Source: Allobaculum fili (GTDB taxonomy: Bacteria > Bacillota_I > Bacilli_A > Erysipelotrichales > Erysipelotrichaceae). From it: a stretch of DNA of 32,000 bases. Each line of letters begins with the position of its first letter. The stretch's first letter is position 1. The notes beneath the pieces are model-generated. The model was not told the origin of the DNA. It was given only the letters and a program-made list of their open reading frames with translations, and searched no databases. The DNA lies in NCBI RefSeq assembly GCF_020969955.1, contig NZ_JAHDSX010000016.1:1-32000 (forward strand). Direction: 5' to 3'. Position numbers and translations under genes: made by a program. This document shows, one piece after another, positions 7,896 to 16,720 of the stretch.

Positions 7896-8816
7896 ATGGC
7901 TTATTTATGGCTTATCGTCGGCTTCGTCCTGCTGATTAAGGGCGCCGACCTGTTTGTGGACGGCGCAAGTGCCGCCGCACTGAAAATGAAAGTTTCGCCG
8001 GTTATTGTCGGTCTGACGATCGTCGCACTGGGCACCTCGCTTCCCGAAGCGTCCGTGTCCATTTCGGCGTCCATTGCCAACAGCAACGCTCTGGCAATTT
8101 CCAACGTACTGGGATCGAATATCTTCAATACGCTCGTCGTGGTCGGCGCCAGCGCGGCAATTACCCCGTTTGTCATCCATAAAACGGTTCTTCGCCGGGA
8201 TATGGGGGTCAACATTTTCTGCTCGCTGCTTCTGCTTCTCTTCCTTCTCGGAGGAAACCTCAGCCGCGTAGAAGGCATTCTTCTTCTGATCATCCTGGCG
8301 ATTTATCTTTACGTGCTGATCCGGGACGCGAAAAAGAACCCGGTCGAAGAAGACAGCAATGAAAAGCAGATGCCGACCTGGAAAATTCCGGTTCTGCTTC
8401 TGATCGGCATTGCGGCCATCGTTCTTGGCGGCGACATCACCGTCGACAGCGCCAAGGAGATCGCGGCGAGTCTGGGCATGTCCGAAAACCTGATCGGTCT
8501 GACCGTCGTTTCGGTCGGAACGTCGCTGCCGGAACTGGTTACTTCCGTGACCGCGGCGAAAAAAGGCGAAAGCGGCCTTTCGATCGGGAACGCCATCGGC
8601 TCCAACATTCTCAACATTCTTTTCATTCTCGGCGCTTCCGCGACGATCTCGCCGCTTAGTGCAGACATGTTTAACGTGATCGATTCCGCCATTCTTCTGG
8701 CCGTCGCCATCGGAATGTTCGCACTGTGCTGGTTCTCTCCAAAACTCAATCGAACCAAAGGCATCTGCATGATCCTGGTTTACTGCTGTTTTGTGGCCTA
8801 TACCATCCTGCGCTGA
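7896..8816 (+). CDS. CaCA-family calcium/sodium antiporter (YrbG-like)
   Basis: Two alpha-repeat signatures, GTSLPEASVS and GTSLPELVTS, in a ~10-TM hydrophobic protein with a central charged loop. AGAAAGGG RBS. Confidence 0.88.
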   Translation: MAYLWLIVGFVLLIKGADLFVDGASAAALKMKVSPVIVGLTIVALGTSLPEASVSISASIANSNALAISNVLGSNIFNTLVVVGASAAITPFVIHKTVLRRDMGVNIFCSLLLLLFLLGGNLSRVEGILLLIILAIYLYVLIRDAKKNPVEEDSNEKQMPTWKIPVLLLIGIAAIVLGGDITVDSAKEIAASLGMSENLIGLTVVSVGTSLPELVTSVTAAKKGESGLSIGNAIGSNILNILFILGASATISPLSADMFNVIDSAILLAVAIGMFALCWFSPKLNRTKGICMILVYCCFVAYTILR

Positions 8817-8850
8817 TCCATTCTTCTCGTTTTGCATCGAATGAAATCGA

Positions 8851-8889
8851 GATCCTGCTACAATTTCTGGTAAAGCAGGATCTTTTTTT
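8851..8889 (+). terminator. rho-independent terminator after the antiporter gene
   Basis: GATCCTGCT / AGCAGGATC 9-bp stem (8851-8859 / 8874-8882) followed by T7 (8883-8889). Confidence 0.8.
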
Positions 8890-8988
8890 CGCTCCGCACT
8901 TCGGTGTCTGAAGGAAAAGACATCATGCAGCAGCGGCCTAAAAATACAGGCGCCAGTACGGCTATCCTGCATCAGAGGAGAATTTTCC

Positions 8989-9528
8989 ATGAAATTTGAT
9001 AAAGTACTCGAAAATCGTCGAGCAATCCGCCGCTATAAAAACGAACCGATCGACCATGAGGACATCCGCAGAGTTCTCAAGGCCGCCATTCTTGCGCCAA
9101 GCTGGAAAAATTCGCAGTGCCCGCGCTGGTATGTGGTCACCAACGATCAGCTGCTCGCAGAGCTCCGGGAAAACGGTCTTCCGGCTTTTAACGCGAAAAA
9201 CACGGAAAACGCCCCGTGCCTGATCGTCGTATGCTATGAACCGCGAAAAAGCGGCATGGGCAATGACGGCGAATACGCCAATGCGATCGGGGAAGGCTGG
9301 AGCTGCTTTGACTGCGGCCTCGCGGTAGAAAACCTCTGCCTCGAAGCGAAGCGTCTCGATCTCGGAACGCTCATCATGGGGATTTACAACGAACAGGCCA
9401 TTCGTCAGGCGCTCTCTATTCCAGGAGAGCTCAAAATCATGTGCGTCGTCGCTTTAGGAAAACCGGATATCGATCCGGAAATGCCAAAGCGAAACAAGCT
9501 GAAGGATGTCGCTGTCTTCAAGGACTGA
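8989..9528 (+). CDS. nitroreductase family protein
   Basis: N-terminal RRAIRRYKNEPI and APSWKNSQ motifs typical of the NADH/FMN nitroreductase fold, ~180 aa. AGAGGAG RBS. Confidence 0.85.
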   Translation: MKFDKVLENRRAIRRYKNEPIDHEDIRRVLKAAILAPSWKNSQCPRWYVVTNDQLLAELRENGLPAFNAKNTENAPCLIVVCYEPRKSGMGNDGEYANAIGEGWSCFDCGLAVENLCLEAKRLDLGTLIMGIYNEQAIRQALSIPGELKIMCVVALGKPDIDPEMPKRNKLKDVAVFKD

Positions 9529-9844
9529 TTCCTCCCGGACACTTAATCCTGCCCATTCCAGCCGCTGAATCCGCTCGTTCTACAGAAAACACACCAGCAG
9601 AAAACACAAATGGACAAGGCAGCCCGCGCGGAACGCTTCTCGTTTGGCACGGAACGGCTTTGTCCTTTTTCGTGTTCTGCGCTTTCTGGATCTGAGCTTT
9701 TTTCCTTTCTTTTTCATGATCAGGTGCTGTCCAGGCTTTGTGTGCGTCGTTTCAAACAGGGATAGGGAATAGACGAGATTCCCGCTACAATAGAATGCAC
9801 AGGCCCGCAGAACCCTTTAACCGGAGAAAGGAGGCGAGGAGCGC

Positions 9845-11245
9845 GTGAAGAAACAGAACGTTCTGAAACGGACCGCCCAGTCGATTCGTCATTTTTTTGA
9901 ACATATCCATTCGTATTGGGAACTCTGGAAAAATCGAAGAGAGTACGGGGCGATTGAGTCCAACGCGACGATTCGAGAAATTCACGCGTTTGATCGCGTT
10001 AAGCCGGGCGATCTCGTCTACTGTGAAATGCCCATGAGCGACTGGGCACTTGCGGATGTCCCCAAAGGCCATCGCTGCCGTCCTTACCTGATTCTGGCCA
10101 AAACCGAAGACGGCCTGATCGGCTGTCCTTCCTCGCACAAGCGCCGAAAGAAAATTTCCAGCTGGGTCCAGATGGAACTGAAACCGGAAGATTACGATCA
10201 GTTCATGCTGTTTGGATCCCGTTACCACGCGCAGGGCAGCACGTTTGTGGATCTGAGCCACTGGGAGGAAATCCCGGCGCGTAAAGTGCTCTCTCTTTCC
10301 ACCAGCCTGAAAGAATCGGATCGACGCATTGCCGATCGAATTCTGCGCATGGTCGGCACTCGAAAAGTCAGCACGCAGAAAAGAAAAGGAAGTCCGAAAG
10401 AGGAAGAAACCGTCTGGCAGATTTCCGCGCGTCCCCAGTCCAGAATTCCAGGGGATATTGTTTCGCTTTCTTCCGGGGAGCCGTTTCTGATCAGTACGGT
10501 GGATCAGGATACAGCCTGGGGCTATCGGCTTTCTTCCCCCAGACAGTCTCAGCCCGATTCCAAGGTGCTTTCCGTCGAGAGCATCAATCATTACTTCTTC
10601 CCGTTCGCGTCCCTTCAAAAAGAGAAGCTCGAGCAGCCGGAGCAGTATCCGCTGATCAGCTTCTGCAAAACCTCTACGCTCCTGCAGAAAGAAAAGGAGC
10701 TCAAAGCGCGCAAGGCACAGGACGAGCAGAACGAAAACCCGGCTCGCAAAAAGACCGGTGCGGCTCCCGCGTTTGCCCGCAAGGAACGAATCCGGATCAC
10801 CCGTCAGTGCGGCGGGATCTTTCAGGATTTCTTCAGCGAAAACGAATACGTGTACATGTGGACGTATAAGCAGAGCGAAAAGTATCTGGATCTCGACGAG
10901 TTTTATGACGGCAACGTGGTGATTCGTGAAATCGAACGAAATCGTCTGACCGAACTGGGAATGCTCATTGCGGACGACATTTTTGAAGAAGTACTCGATA
11001 CGCTTGTAAAGCGCCGCTCACTCAGTGAAGACGAGGCACAGCTGCTGCGCGAAAACTTCTACAATCCGCCAGAAGCCGAAGAAGAGGCGCCAGCGGATTT
11101 AACCGACCTGACGGAAGAGAAAACGGAAGATGGCGTAACGGAAGAGCCAGGGATAGCGCAGGCCGAAGCACAGGAGATTCCAGAACCAGAGACAAATCCA
11201 GATCCGGATACGCAGACCAAACCGCAGCCAGACAATAAGATATGA
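9845..11245 (+). CDS. hypothetical 466-aa protein: N-terminal MazF/PemK-like domain, unassigned middle and C-terminal regions, acidic disordered tail
   Basis: GTG start with AAAGGAGG 10 nt upstream. Residues ~52-170 follow the PemK/MazF pattern: KPGDLVYCEMP..., HRCRPYLILA, LIGCPSSHKR, STFVDLSHWEEIPARKV..., SDRRIADRIL. The last ~60 aa are rich in E, D and P. Confidence 0.6.
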   Translation: MKKQNVLKRTAQSIRHFFEHIHSYWELWKNRREYGAIESNATIREIHAFDRVKPGDLVYCEMPMSDWALADVPKGHRCRPYLILAKTEDGLIGCPSSHKRRKKISSWVQMELKPEDYDQFMLFGSRYHAQGSTFVDLSHWEEIPARKVLSLSTSLKESDRRIADRILRMVGTRKVSTQKRKGSPKEEETVWQISARPQSRIPGDIVSLSSGEPFLISTVDQDTAWGYRLSSPRQSQPDSKVLSVESINHYFFPFASLQKEKLEQPEQYPLISFCKTSTLLQKEKELKARKAQDEQNENPARKKTGAAPAFARKERIRITRQCGGIFQDFFSENEYVYMWTYKQSEKYLDLDEFYDGNVVIREIERNRLTELGMLIADDIFEEVLDTLVKRRSLSEDEAQLLRENFYNPPEAEEEAPADLTDLTEEKTEDGVTEEPGIAQAEAQEIPEPETNPDPDTQTKPQPDNKI

Positions 11246-11283
11246 AAAAACGGACAGATCGCAGAGATCTGTCCGTTTTGATT
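11245..11283. terminator. bidirectional rho-independent terminator between convergent genes
   Basis: ACGGACAGATC-gcaga-GATCTGTCCGT, an 11-bp perfect stem at 11250-11276, flanked by A6 upstream and TTTTG downstream. Confidence 0.85.
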
Positions 11284-11311
11284 TAATGCGTTTGTCTTTG
11301 GCGACGGGTTT

Positions 11312-13942
11312 CTAGAGCATCGCTCTCTGACTGCGTTTCAGGAAAAACTTTGGATCCGCCGGCGTGAGCGAGGAAATCTCAAAGGTCAGCGCACTGTTCG
11401 CTTTGTGGCCGAGCGTCTGATAAAACGTTCCGCGGGCCGCATAGGCGGTACCGTTTGAGGATGTCGTGCTTTGCGGAGCTACATCCGGGGTGTCCGTTGG
11501 CGGAACCTGCGTTCCAGGATCATTGCCCGGATCATCTGGCGGCGTGCCTGGATCCGTTGGCGGGGTCGGAATGCTGGGATCATCGCCCGGATTCTGACCT
11601 GGAGGCGTCTGATTGCCGGGATCCTGATTGCCGGGATCATCAATTGGAAGATCCGGATCTTCGGAAGGTACTTCGGATTCTACATCCGGTACGCAGGCGT
11701 TGTTGTTGAGCTTATAGCCGTCCGGGCAGGAGCAGGCTCCGTTATCAAAGGAACCGCCGCTGGCGAGGCAGGCTTTACGGTTGGCTTCAAGAAGCTGGTT
11801 GGTGTAGCTGTCGCCGGCATCCGGATCGCCTTTTTCAAGGAATTCGGTTTTGATCAGACCGCCTTTGTAGTCGGAAATCTGATCCGGACGCTCGATTTCA
11901 TGGTAGTTGCCGTTTGGCGCCAGGTAATCGAGCATGTAGCGGTTGATGTGGAAGGCCGGTGCGGCTTCGAGTTCGGTCCAGCCCATGTAGTAGCCCTGCA
12001 TGAAGTAGGCAGGCAGATAGCCGGACCATGTCGCAATCGAATACGTTGAGGTGTAGCCGATGGACCATTCGTCTTTCATAACTCCGGCCGGGATGCCGTA
12101 CTGGGCCCCTTCTTCTTCCCAGGAGGATGTACCGGATTTCGCGTAGGCCACATAATCCGGGCTGCCGAGGATTTCGTTGTAGTTCTGATAGCCGCCGTAA
12201 ACAACTTCCTTGAGCAGCGTGCTCATCATGTAGGCGGCCTGTGTGGAAATCAGTTCGTATTCAGTCGAATCGCCGCTGATTTCCATGTTGTCGGAACGGC
12301 GGATGATTCGTCGGATCCGGTGCGCGTTGATTCGGGTACCCTGGTTGGCAAACATCGAGTACGCCGAAGCCATCTGGGTAGGGGAAGCGTACATGTCGGC
12401 ACCGCCGATCGAATACTGCGGGGCGAAGAGTTCGGCGGTTCGCTCATCGAAGCCGAGCTTCTTACAGAAGTCTACCCAGTAATCCGTACCGGTCGCGTCG
12501 ACAAGATCGATCATCGCTGCGGCGGCGGTGGTGTTTTTCGAAACGCCCAGCGCTCTGGCCAGCGACATTTTCCCATCGTATTTTCCGTCGGAGTTTCGCA
12601 GGTTGGATCCGCTGTGCCAGTAGTCTTCCGGTTTGTCGTCCACGATATGGGCGGTTGACCAGCCGAGAATATCAAAGGTTGAGCTGTAGGCGAGCAGCGG
12701 CTTCATGGCGGAACCCGGCTGACGGGTGTTCATGGAGTTGTCCTGCTTAACCGATACCGAATCGGAATGGTAATGACGGCCGGCACCGACGGCGATAATT
12801 TCACCGGTGCTGTTGTTGATGATCGTCGTACCGAAGTCCATCATCTCGTTCGGGAAGGCGACGACTTCGCCGTTCATGATCTTATCGAGCTCGCTTTGCG
12901 CGCCCTGATTCAGAGCGGTGTAAATGTCCATCGGGATAATGGCCGGGTCCTGACCGGTCAGGCTCTGTGCTTCCTGAATGACCTGGTCAATGTAGGCCTG
13001 GTTCGGGTCAACGGAAATGGTTTCGTGATAGTTCAGCGCGAACGCCAGATCTGCGTTCTTTTCGAGGTTGTATTCCTCTTCGGTGATGTAGCCGTGGTTG
13101 AGCATCAGCTGAAGCGTCGTGTTTCTTCGCTCCTGTCCGGCGGCGAGATGGTCGATCGTATCGGTTTCATCCGACGCGTTGTGGATGTTGTTGAGCGGGT
13201 TGTTGGTAAACGGCGCGTTGATGCTTCCGGCAAGGAAGGCGGCTTCGCCAAGGTTCAGCTGCGAGACATCCTTATCGAAGTAGTAGCGCGCGGCTTTCTG
13301 TATACCTCGTGTGTTGTTTCCGGAACCAAACCAGATTCGGTTCAGGTAGAACTCCATAATGTCTTCCTTGTCGATGGTCTGTTCCGCAATGAGAGCCAGG
13401 TAGATTTCCTGGATCTTCAGCTTGATTTTATCGAGGGTGGAAAGCGAACCTTTTTCCGCTTCCAGCTTGGCTTCCTGGTTTTTGGTGAAGGCGTTGTCGA
13501 TCATCTGCATGGTCAGTGTCGAACCGCCCTGGCCAAGACTTCCGCTCTGCAGGTTGGAAAGAGCGGCTGCCGTGAAACGCGGAAGGTCAAAACCGTTATG
13601 AGTAAAGAAACGGGAATCCTCTACCGCCAGGAAGGCGTCGATGACATTTTGCGAAAGCTGATCGTACGTAATGTCGTCGCGGATTTCGGAACCAAATTCA
13701 TAAAACATGTTTCCGGAATCATCAAAGATTCGGGAGTTGGATAATGTGGACAAGCCGTCCTTGGAAAAGCGCATGCCTTCCGGGTCGTTAATAATATTGA
13801 CGAGCACGAAGAAGACCGAAACGCATCCGACCAGAAACAGGGTCAGAACGGCGATCGCGATCTTGTTCCAGGCATCGAGCGTCTTTCGCGGCTTGCCAGT
13901 AGGGCGGGCGGAAGGTTGGCGCCCGTGTTGCTGCTGTGCCAT
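11312..13942 (-). CDS. ponA: class A penicillin-binding protein (PBP1A-type transglycosylase/transpeptidase) with Cys-rich and Pro-rich C-terminal extension
   Basis: GT51 motifs EDSRFFTHNGFD and GGSTLTMQ. Transpeptidase motifs SAMK (SxxK), SKN (SxN) and KSGT. N-terminal TM anchor. AAAGGAGA RBS. Directly downstream of recU, as in Bacillus. Confidence 0.93.
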   Translation of the reverse strand: MAQQQHGRQPSARPTGKPRKTLDAWNKIAIAVLTLFLVGCVSVFFVLVNIINDPEGMRFSKDGLSTLSNSRIFDDSGNMFYEFGSEIRDDITYDQLSQNVIDAFLAVEDSRFFTHNGFDLPRFTAAALSNLQSGSLGQGGSTLTMQMIDNAFTKNQEAKLEAEKGSLSTLDKIKLKIQEIYLALIAEQTIDKEDIMEFYLNRIWFGSGNNTRGIQKAARYYFDKDVSQLNLGEAAFLAGSINAPFTNNPLNNIHNASDETDTIDHLAAGQERRNTTLQLMLNHGYITEEEYNLEKNADLAFALNYHETISVDPNQAYIDQVIQEAQSLTGQDPAIIPMDIYTALNQGAQSELDKIMNGEVVAFPNEMMDFGTTIINNSTGEIIAVGAGRHYHSDSVSVKQDNSMNTRQPGSAMKPLLAYSSTFDILGWSTAHIVDDKPEDYWHSGSNLRNSDGKYDGKMSLARALGVSKNTTAAAAMIDLVDATGTDYWVDFCKKLGFDERTAELFAPQYSIGGADMYASPTQMASAYSMFANQGTRINAHRIRRIIRRSDNMEISGDSTEYELISTQAAYMMSTLLKEVVYGGYQNYNEILGSPDYVAYAKSGTSSWEEEGAQYGIPAGVMKDEWSIGYTSTYSIATWSGYLPAYFMQGYYMGWTELEAAPAFHINRYMLDYLAPNGNYHEIERPDQISDYKGGLIKTEFLEKGDPDAGDSYTNQLLEANRKACLASGGSFDNGACSCPDGYKLNNNACVPDVESEVPSEDPDLPIDDPGNQDPGNQTPPGQNPGDDPSIPTPPTDPGTPPDDPGNDPGTQVPPTDTPDVAPQSTTSSNGTAYAARGTFYQTLGHKANSALTFEISSLTPADPKFFLKRSQRAML

Positions 13943-13945
13943 TTT

Positions 13946-14560
13946 CTATTTGTCTCCTTTCAAAGGGGTTTCCATATAATAAGCTGCATATTTCTCGTCG
14001 ACTGCAGACAGGTAGTCGACTCTTGGATAAAGTCCTTCTTTAAGCAGAATCCCATTCTGTTCAAACCATGAAACAGGAATGGATTTCGCCTGCGTCTGCT
14101 GGTGTGCGGCGATCAGATCGCCGGCATCGACCAGATACGTTTGCATCAGACTTGTAAAGCGTACAATAAAAAAACCGATCCCGCCCTGTTCCTGAACACG
14201 CTGAAGGTGTTCAATCTGATGTTCCTGGACGAGATATTTAGGAAAGCTTGTACGGTTCTGCGTCTGTTTGGCTTCAAAGTCTACGTATCTTCCTCGATAG
14301 AGACCGTTGTAGTCGGTCGTGGAGGGCGTTCGATAGTAGGCTTCCGTGATTTTCGCACGGCCCCGGCTGGGGTAGTCCACATGGACGACCTGTACAGGGG
14401 TCGGCTTTTTATAGATCAGGGCCCGCTTCATCTCCCGGTAGTACAGATTGGAAGCGTTGAGATCGTCTTCCAGACTGGACCCCCGGTCTGCATGGTTGTC
14501 GCTCATGCGGCGCACGCCCTGCGCCTTGTGCATTCCGGCGGGATATTTTATCTGACTCAT
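13946..14560 (-). CDS. recU: Holliday junction resolvase RecU
   Basis: MSQIKYPAG... resembles the Bacillus RecU N-terminus (MIRYPNGK). DDLNASNLYY and YVDFEAKQT (nuclease D-x-E-x-K core) are present. Start chosen by homology; upstream in-frame ATGs at 14623 and 14635 cannot be excluded and no strong SD is seen. Confidence 0.85.
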   Translation of the reverse strand: MSQIKYPAGMHKAQGVRRMSDNHADRGSSLEDDLNASNLYYREMKRALIYKKPTPVQVVHVDYPSRGRAKITEAYYRTPSTTDYNGLYRGRYVDFEAKQTQNRTSFPKYLVQEHQIEHLQRVQEQGGIGFFIVRFTSLMQTYLVDAGDLIAAHQQTQAKSIPVSWFEQNGILLKEGLYPRVDYLSAVDEKYAAYYMETPLKGDK

Positions 14561-14829
14561 CGTCTGAATTATATAGAAAAACCATGGCGCTTTCAACGAA
14601 CCAGACGGCTCGTCCCGTTCCATGCAAAAAGACATATTCAGGATATTCCCGCTTTATTTAAAGGATATTAAGTGTTTGTTTTCGTTTTCTTAAATTCGGC
14701 TTTCACGAGCGTAAGACGATGGAGTCACATATTGTGAAATTATACTATAAAATCACAAGAAAGGAACCTTAAGGATTGAGGTGTTTCTTTTCATTTGATA
14801 TAATGACAAACGCAATGGAGGAAGTTCAC

Positions 14830-15285
14830 ATGGCATTCAGATTAACCGCCCAGCAGATTTACGATAAGGAATTCCCGTCCAAGGAAAAAGGCTACGACGC
14901 CGATCAGGTTGACTCGTTCCTGGACGATATTATTGAAGATTATCAGGATTTTGATGATCAGAGCAGAGAACTCTCCTCCGCACTGATTCATTCCAACGAA
15001 CGCGTGGTCCAGCTTGAACAGGAAAACAAGGACCAGGCCGCAAAACTCGCCGACCTTCAGGAACAGCTGAAGGCGCTCACGGAACAGGTGGCAAACCTGA
15101 CCGCGGAAAACGAAGCGCTCTCCAGCCAGGCCCAGGAAGCCAAAGAGCAGGCGGAAGCCAGCGCCAAGGCGCTTGAAGAAGCTAAAGCGGCAGCCGAAGA
15201 AGAAAAAGAAGAAGAGAAAGCCGAACCGCTCACGCTCGAAGAGCGCGTAGCCCGTCTGGAAGCGGCTGTATTCGCTTCGCACTAA
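14830..15285 (+). CDS. gpsB: cell-cycle protein GpsB (DivIVA-domain), with an extended central coiled coil
   Basis: N-terminal LTAQQIYDKEFPSKEKGYDADQVDSFLDDIIEDYQ (DivIVA/GpsB lipid-binding domain) and C-terminal LEERVARLEAAVF (GpsB C-terminal motif). GGAGG 10 nt before the ATG at 14830. Confidence 0.85.
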   Translation: MAFRLTAQQIYDKEFPSKEKGYDADQVDSFLDDIIEDYQDFDDQSRELSSALIHSNERVVQLEQENKDQAAKLADLQEQLKALTEQVANLTAENEALSSQAQEAKEQAEASAKALEEAKAAAEEEKEEEKAEPLTLEERVARLEAAVFASH

Positions 15286-15320
15286 TTTTAATTTTAATCG
15301 ATTCTTTGAATCGACAAATG

Positions 15321-15701
15321 GTTCTGAACAGAACGACGCAGCTGCTGGCAGCCTGACTGCCAGAGGAAAGTCCATGCTCGCACAGTCTGCGATGACTGTA
15401 GTGTTTGTGCCAGCCGAATCAATAAGACTGGGGTGTTCGCAAGAACATACGGCTGTACGGAAGCCTAAAAAAGGAATCCTCCTTTCATGGCCGACGTCTT
15501 TAAAAGTGCCACAGAGACGAAGCTTTTTCGGAAACGAAAAAGGTGGAACGGGTAAACCCCTCAAGCGAGAAACCCAAATTTGGTAGGGGAACTGTCCGAG
15601 GCCAACTGAAGCCAGAGACAGATGCGTACGCATAGATAAATTGCTGCGGCTTTTTGCTTTCGCGAAAAGAACAGAACATGGCTTATGACTTTTGCTCAGA
15701 C
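15321..15701 (+). ncRNA. rnpB: RNase P RNA, type B (Bacillus-like)
   Basis: GAGGAAAGTCCATGCTCGCAC (15363-15383), GTGCCACAGAGACGA, GGTAAACCCCTCAAGCGAGAAACCCAAATTTGGTAGGGGAAC and the P4 3' strand ACAGAACATGGCTTA (15671-15685) closely match the B. subtilis rnpB blocks. Ends are approximate (+/- 10 nt). Confidence 0.93.
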
Positions 15702-15707
15702 GTTTGT

Positions 15708-15736
15708 ACGTCCGGATTCGTCCGGGCGTTTTTTTA
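15708..15736 (+). terminator. rho-independent terminator of rnpB
   Basis: ACGTCCGGA-ttcg-TCCGGGCGT, a 9-bp stem with one G-U pair, followed by T7. Confidence 0.85.
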
Positions 15737-15751
15737 TGCCTTCTGCATCGA

Positions 15752-15795
15752 ACAAAGAAAAAGGCCAGAACGGATCGGGAAGATCCGTCCTGGCT
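15752..15795 (-). terminator. rho-independent terminator downstream of thiT
   Basis: The minus strand reads AGCCAGGACGGATC-ttccc-GATCCGTTCTGGCC followed by TTTTTCTTTG. Confidence 0.75.
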
Positions 15796-15847
15796 GTCTG
15801 CAGACCATGGGTAAGTTTGAAACGCCGGGTCTGCCGATACCGTTTTT

Positions 15848-16396
15848 CTAAACGTGGAAGGAAACTCGTTTGGACAGCGCGCGAACGAGCAGCGGAACGA
15901 GAATCAGATCGACGATCAGGGTCGGAATCATATAGGAAGACTGATAGACGATGGATCCCCACCAGGTAACGCCGTAGAAGACAACGCCGGAAATGGTCGA
16001 GGACAGAAAGCGGATCAGGTTGGTGATCAGCACACCGGAATAAAAGTACTTCCAGTTTGGGAACAGGCATGCGATGCCGTACACGGAAAAGGCGATGAAA
16101 TAATCGAGCAGAAACTGTGTAAAGCCCAGAATATACATCTGTCCGGTAACAAACTGAATCAGAACCGAAAGCATGGCGGTAATCAGACCAAGCTGCCAGC
16201 CGAGATGATAGCTGGCCAGAAGAAGCGCGATAGTTCCCAGACCGAGCGTTCCGCCCTGCGGCATACGGAAGAGCGGCAGGGTATTGCTCAGGTAGTCGAG
16301 AACAAAAAACAGCGCCAGATACATGGCCATGTAGGCGATGCTTCGGGTGGTAAATTTGCTGTCCTTGCGGACACTCGTTTTTGAACGATCAGACAT
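15848..16396 (-). CDS. thiT: ECF-transporter S component, thiamine-specific ThiT (YuaJ-like)
   Basis: FRMPQGGTLGLG...LIQFVTGQMYILGFTQFLLDYFIAFSVYGIACLF parallels B. subtilis YuaJ (LSMPQGGSVS...QLLLDYIVAFAALGISGCF). Start set to the ATG at 16396 (AAGGAG 8 nt upstream); the ORF-track N-terminal 75 codons are not protein-like. Confidence 0.82.
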   Translation of the reverse strand: MSDRSKTSVRKDSKFTTRSIAYMAMYLALFFVLDYLSNTLPLFRMPQGGTLGLGTIALLLASYHLGWQLGLITAMLSVLIQFVTGQMYILGFTQFLLDYFIAFSVYGIACLFPNWKYFYSGVLITNLIRFLSSTISGVVFYGVTWWGSIVYQSSYMIPTLIVDLILVPLLVRALSKRVSFHV

Positions 16397-16630
16397 TTTC
16401 GTTTTCTCCTTTTTATACGCAGAAGAAAGCCGGATTTTCATGACTGCACGCCGTTCGTGCACCAGAGAGCGAAATACCAGAAGAAGGCTGAACGCTTTTC
16501 CTTTGCGCCTGAAAAGAATTCTCTTCCTTATTCTGGACCATTCAATCGAGCAGCGAACGAACAGACGTATTGTAATACGCAAAGAGGACGGGCGCCTGAA
16601 ATTGGACACGTTCGCATTCAATTCTTCCTT

Positions 16631-16668
16631 TTCTCTGTGCGTTTTCCTTCTCTATGCGTTTTCCTTCG
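16631..16668. repeat. 17-bp tandem repeat TTCTCT(G/A)TGCGTTTTCC x2 plus partial unit, in the thiT upstream region
   Basis: Direct reading: 16631-16647 and 16648-16664 differ at one position. Confidence 0.85.
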
Positions 16669-16720
16669 TTTACACTGCCGCTTTTCGGCCGAATCGAAAC
16701 GCTTCCCCTCGTCTGAGTTA

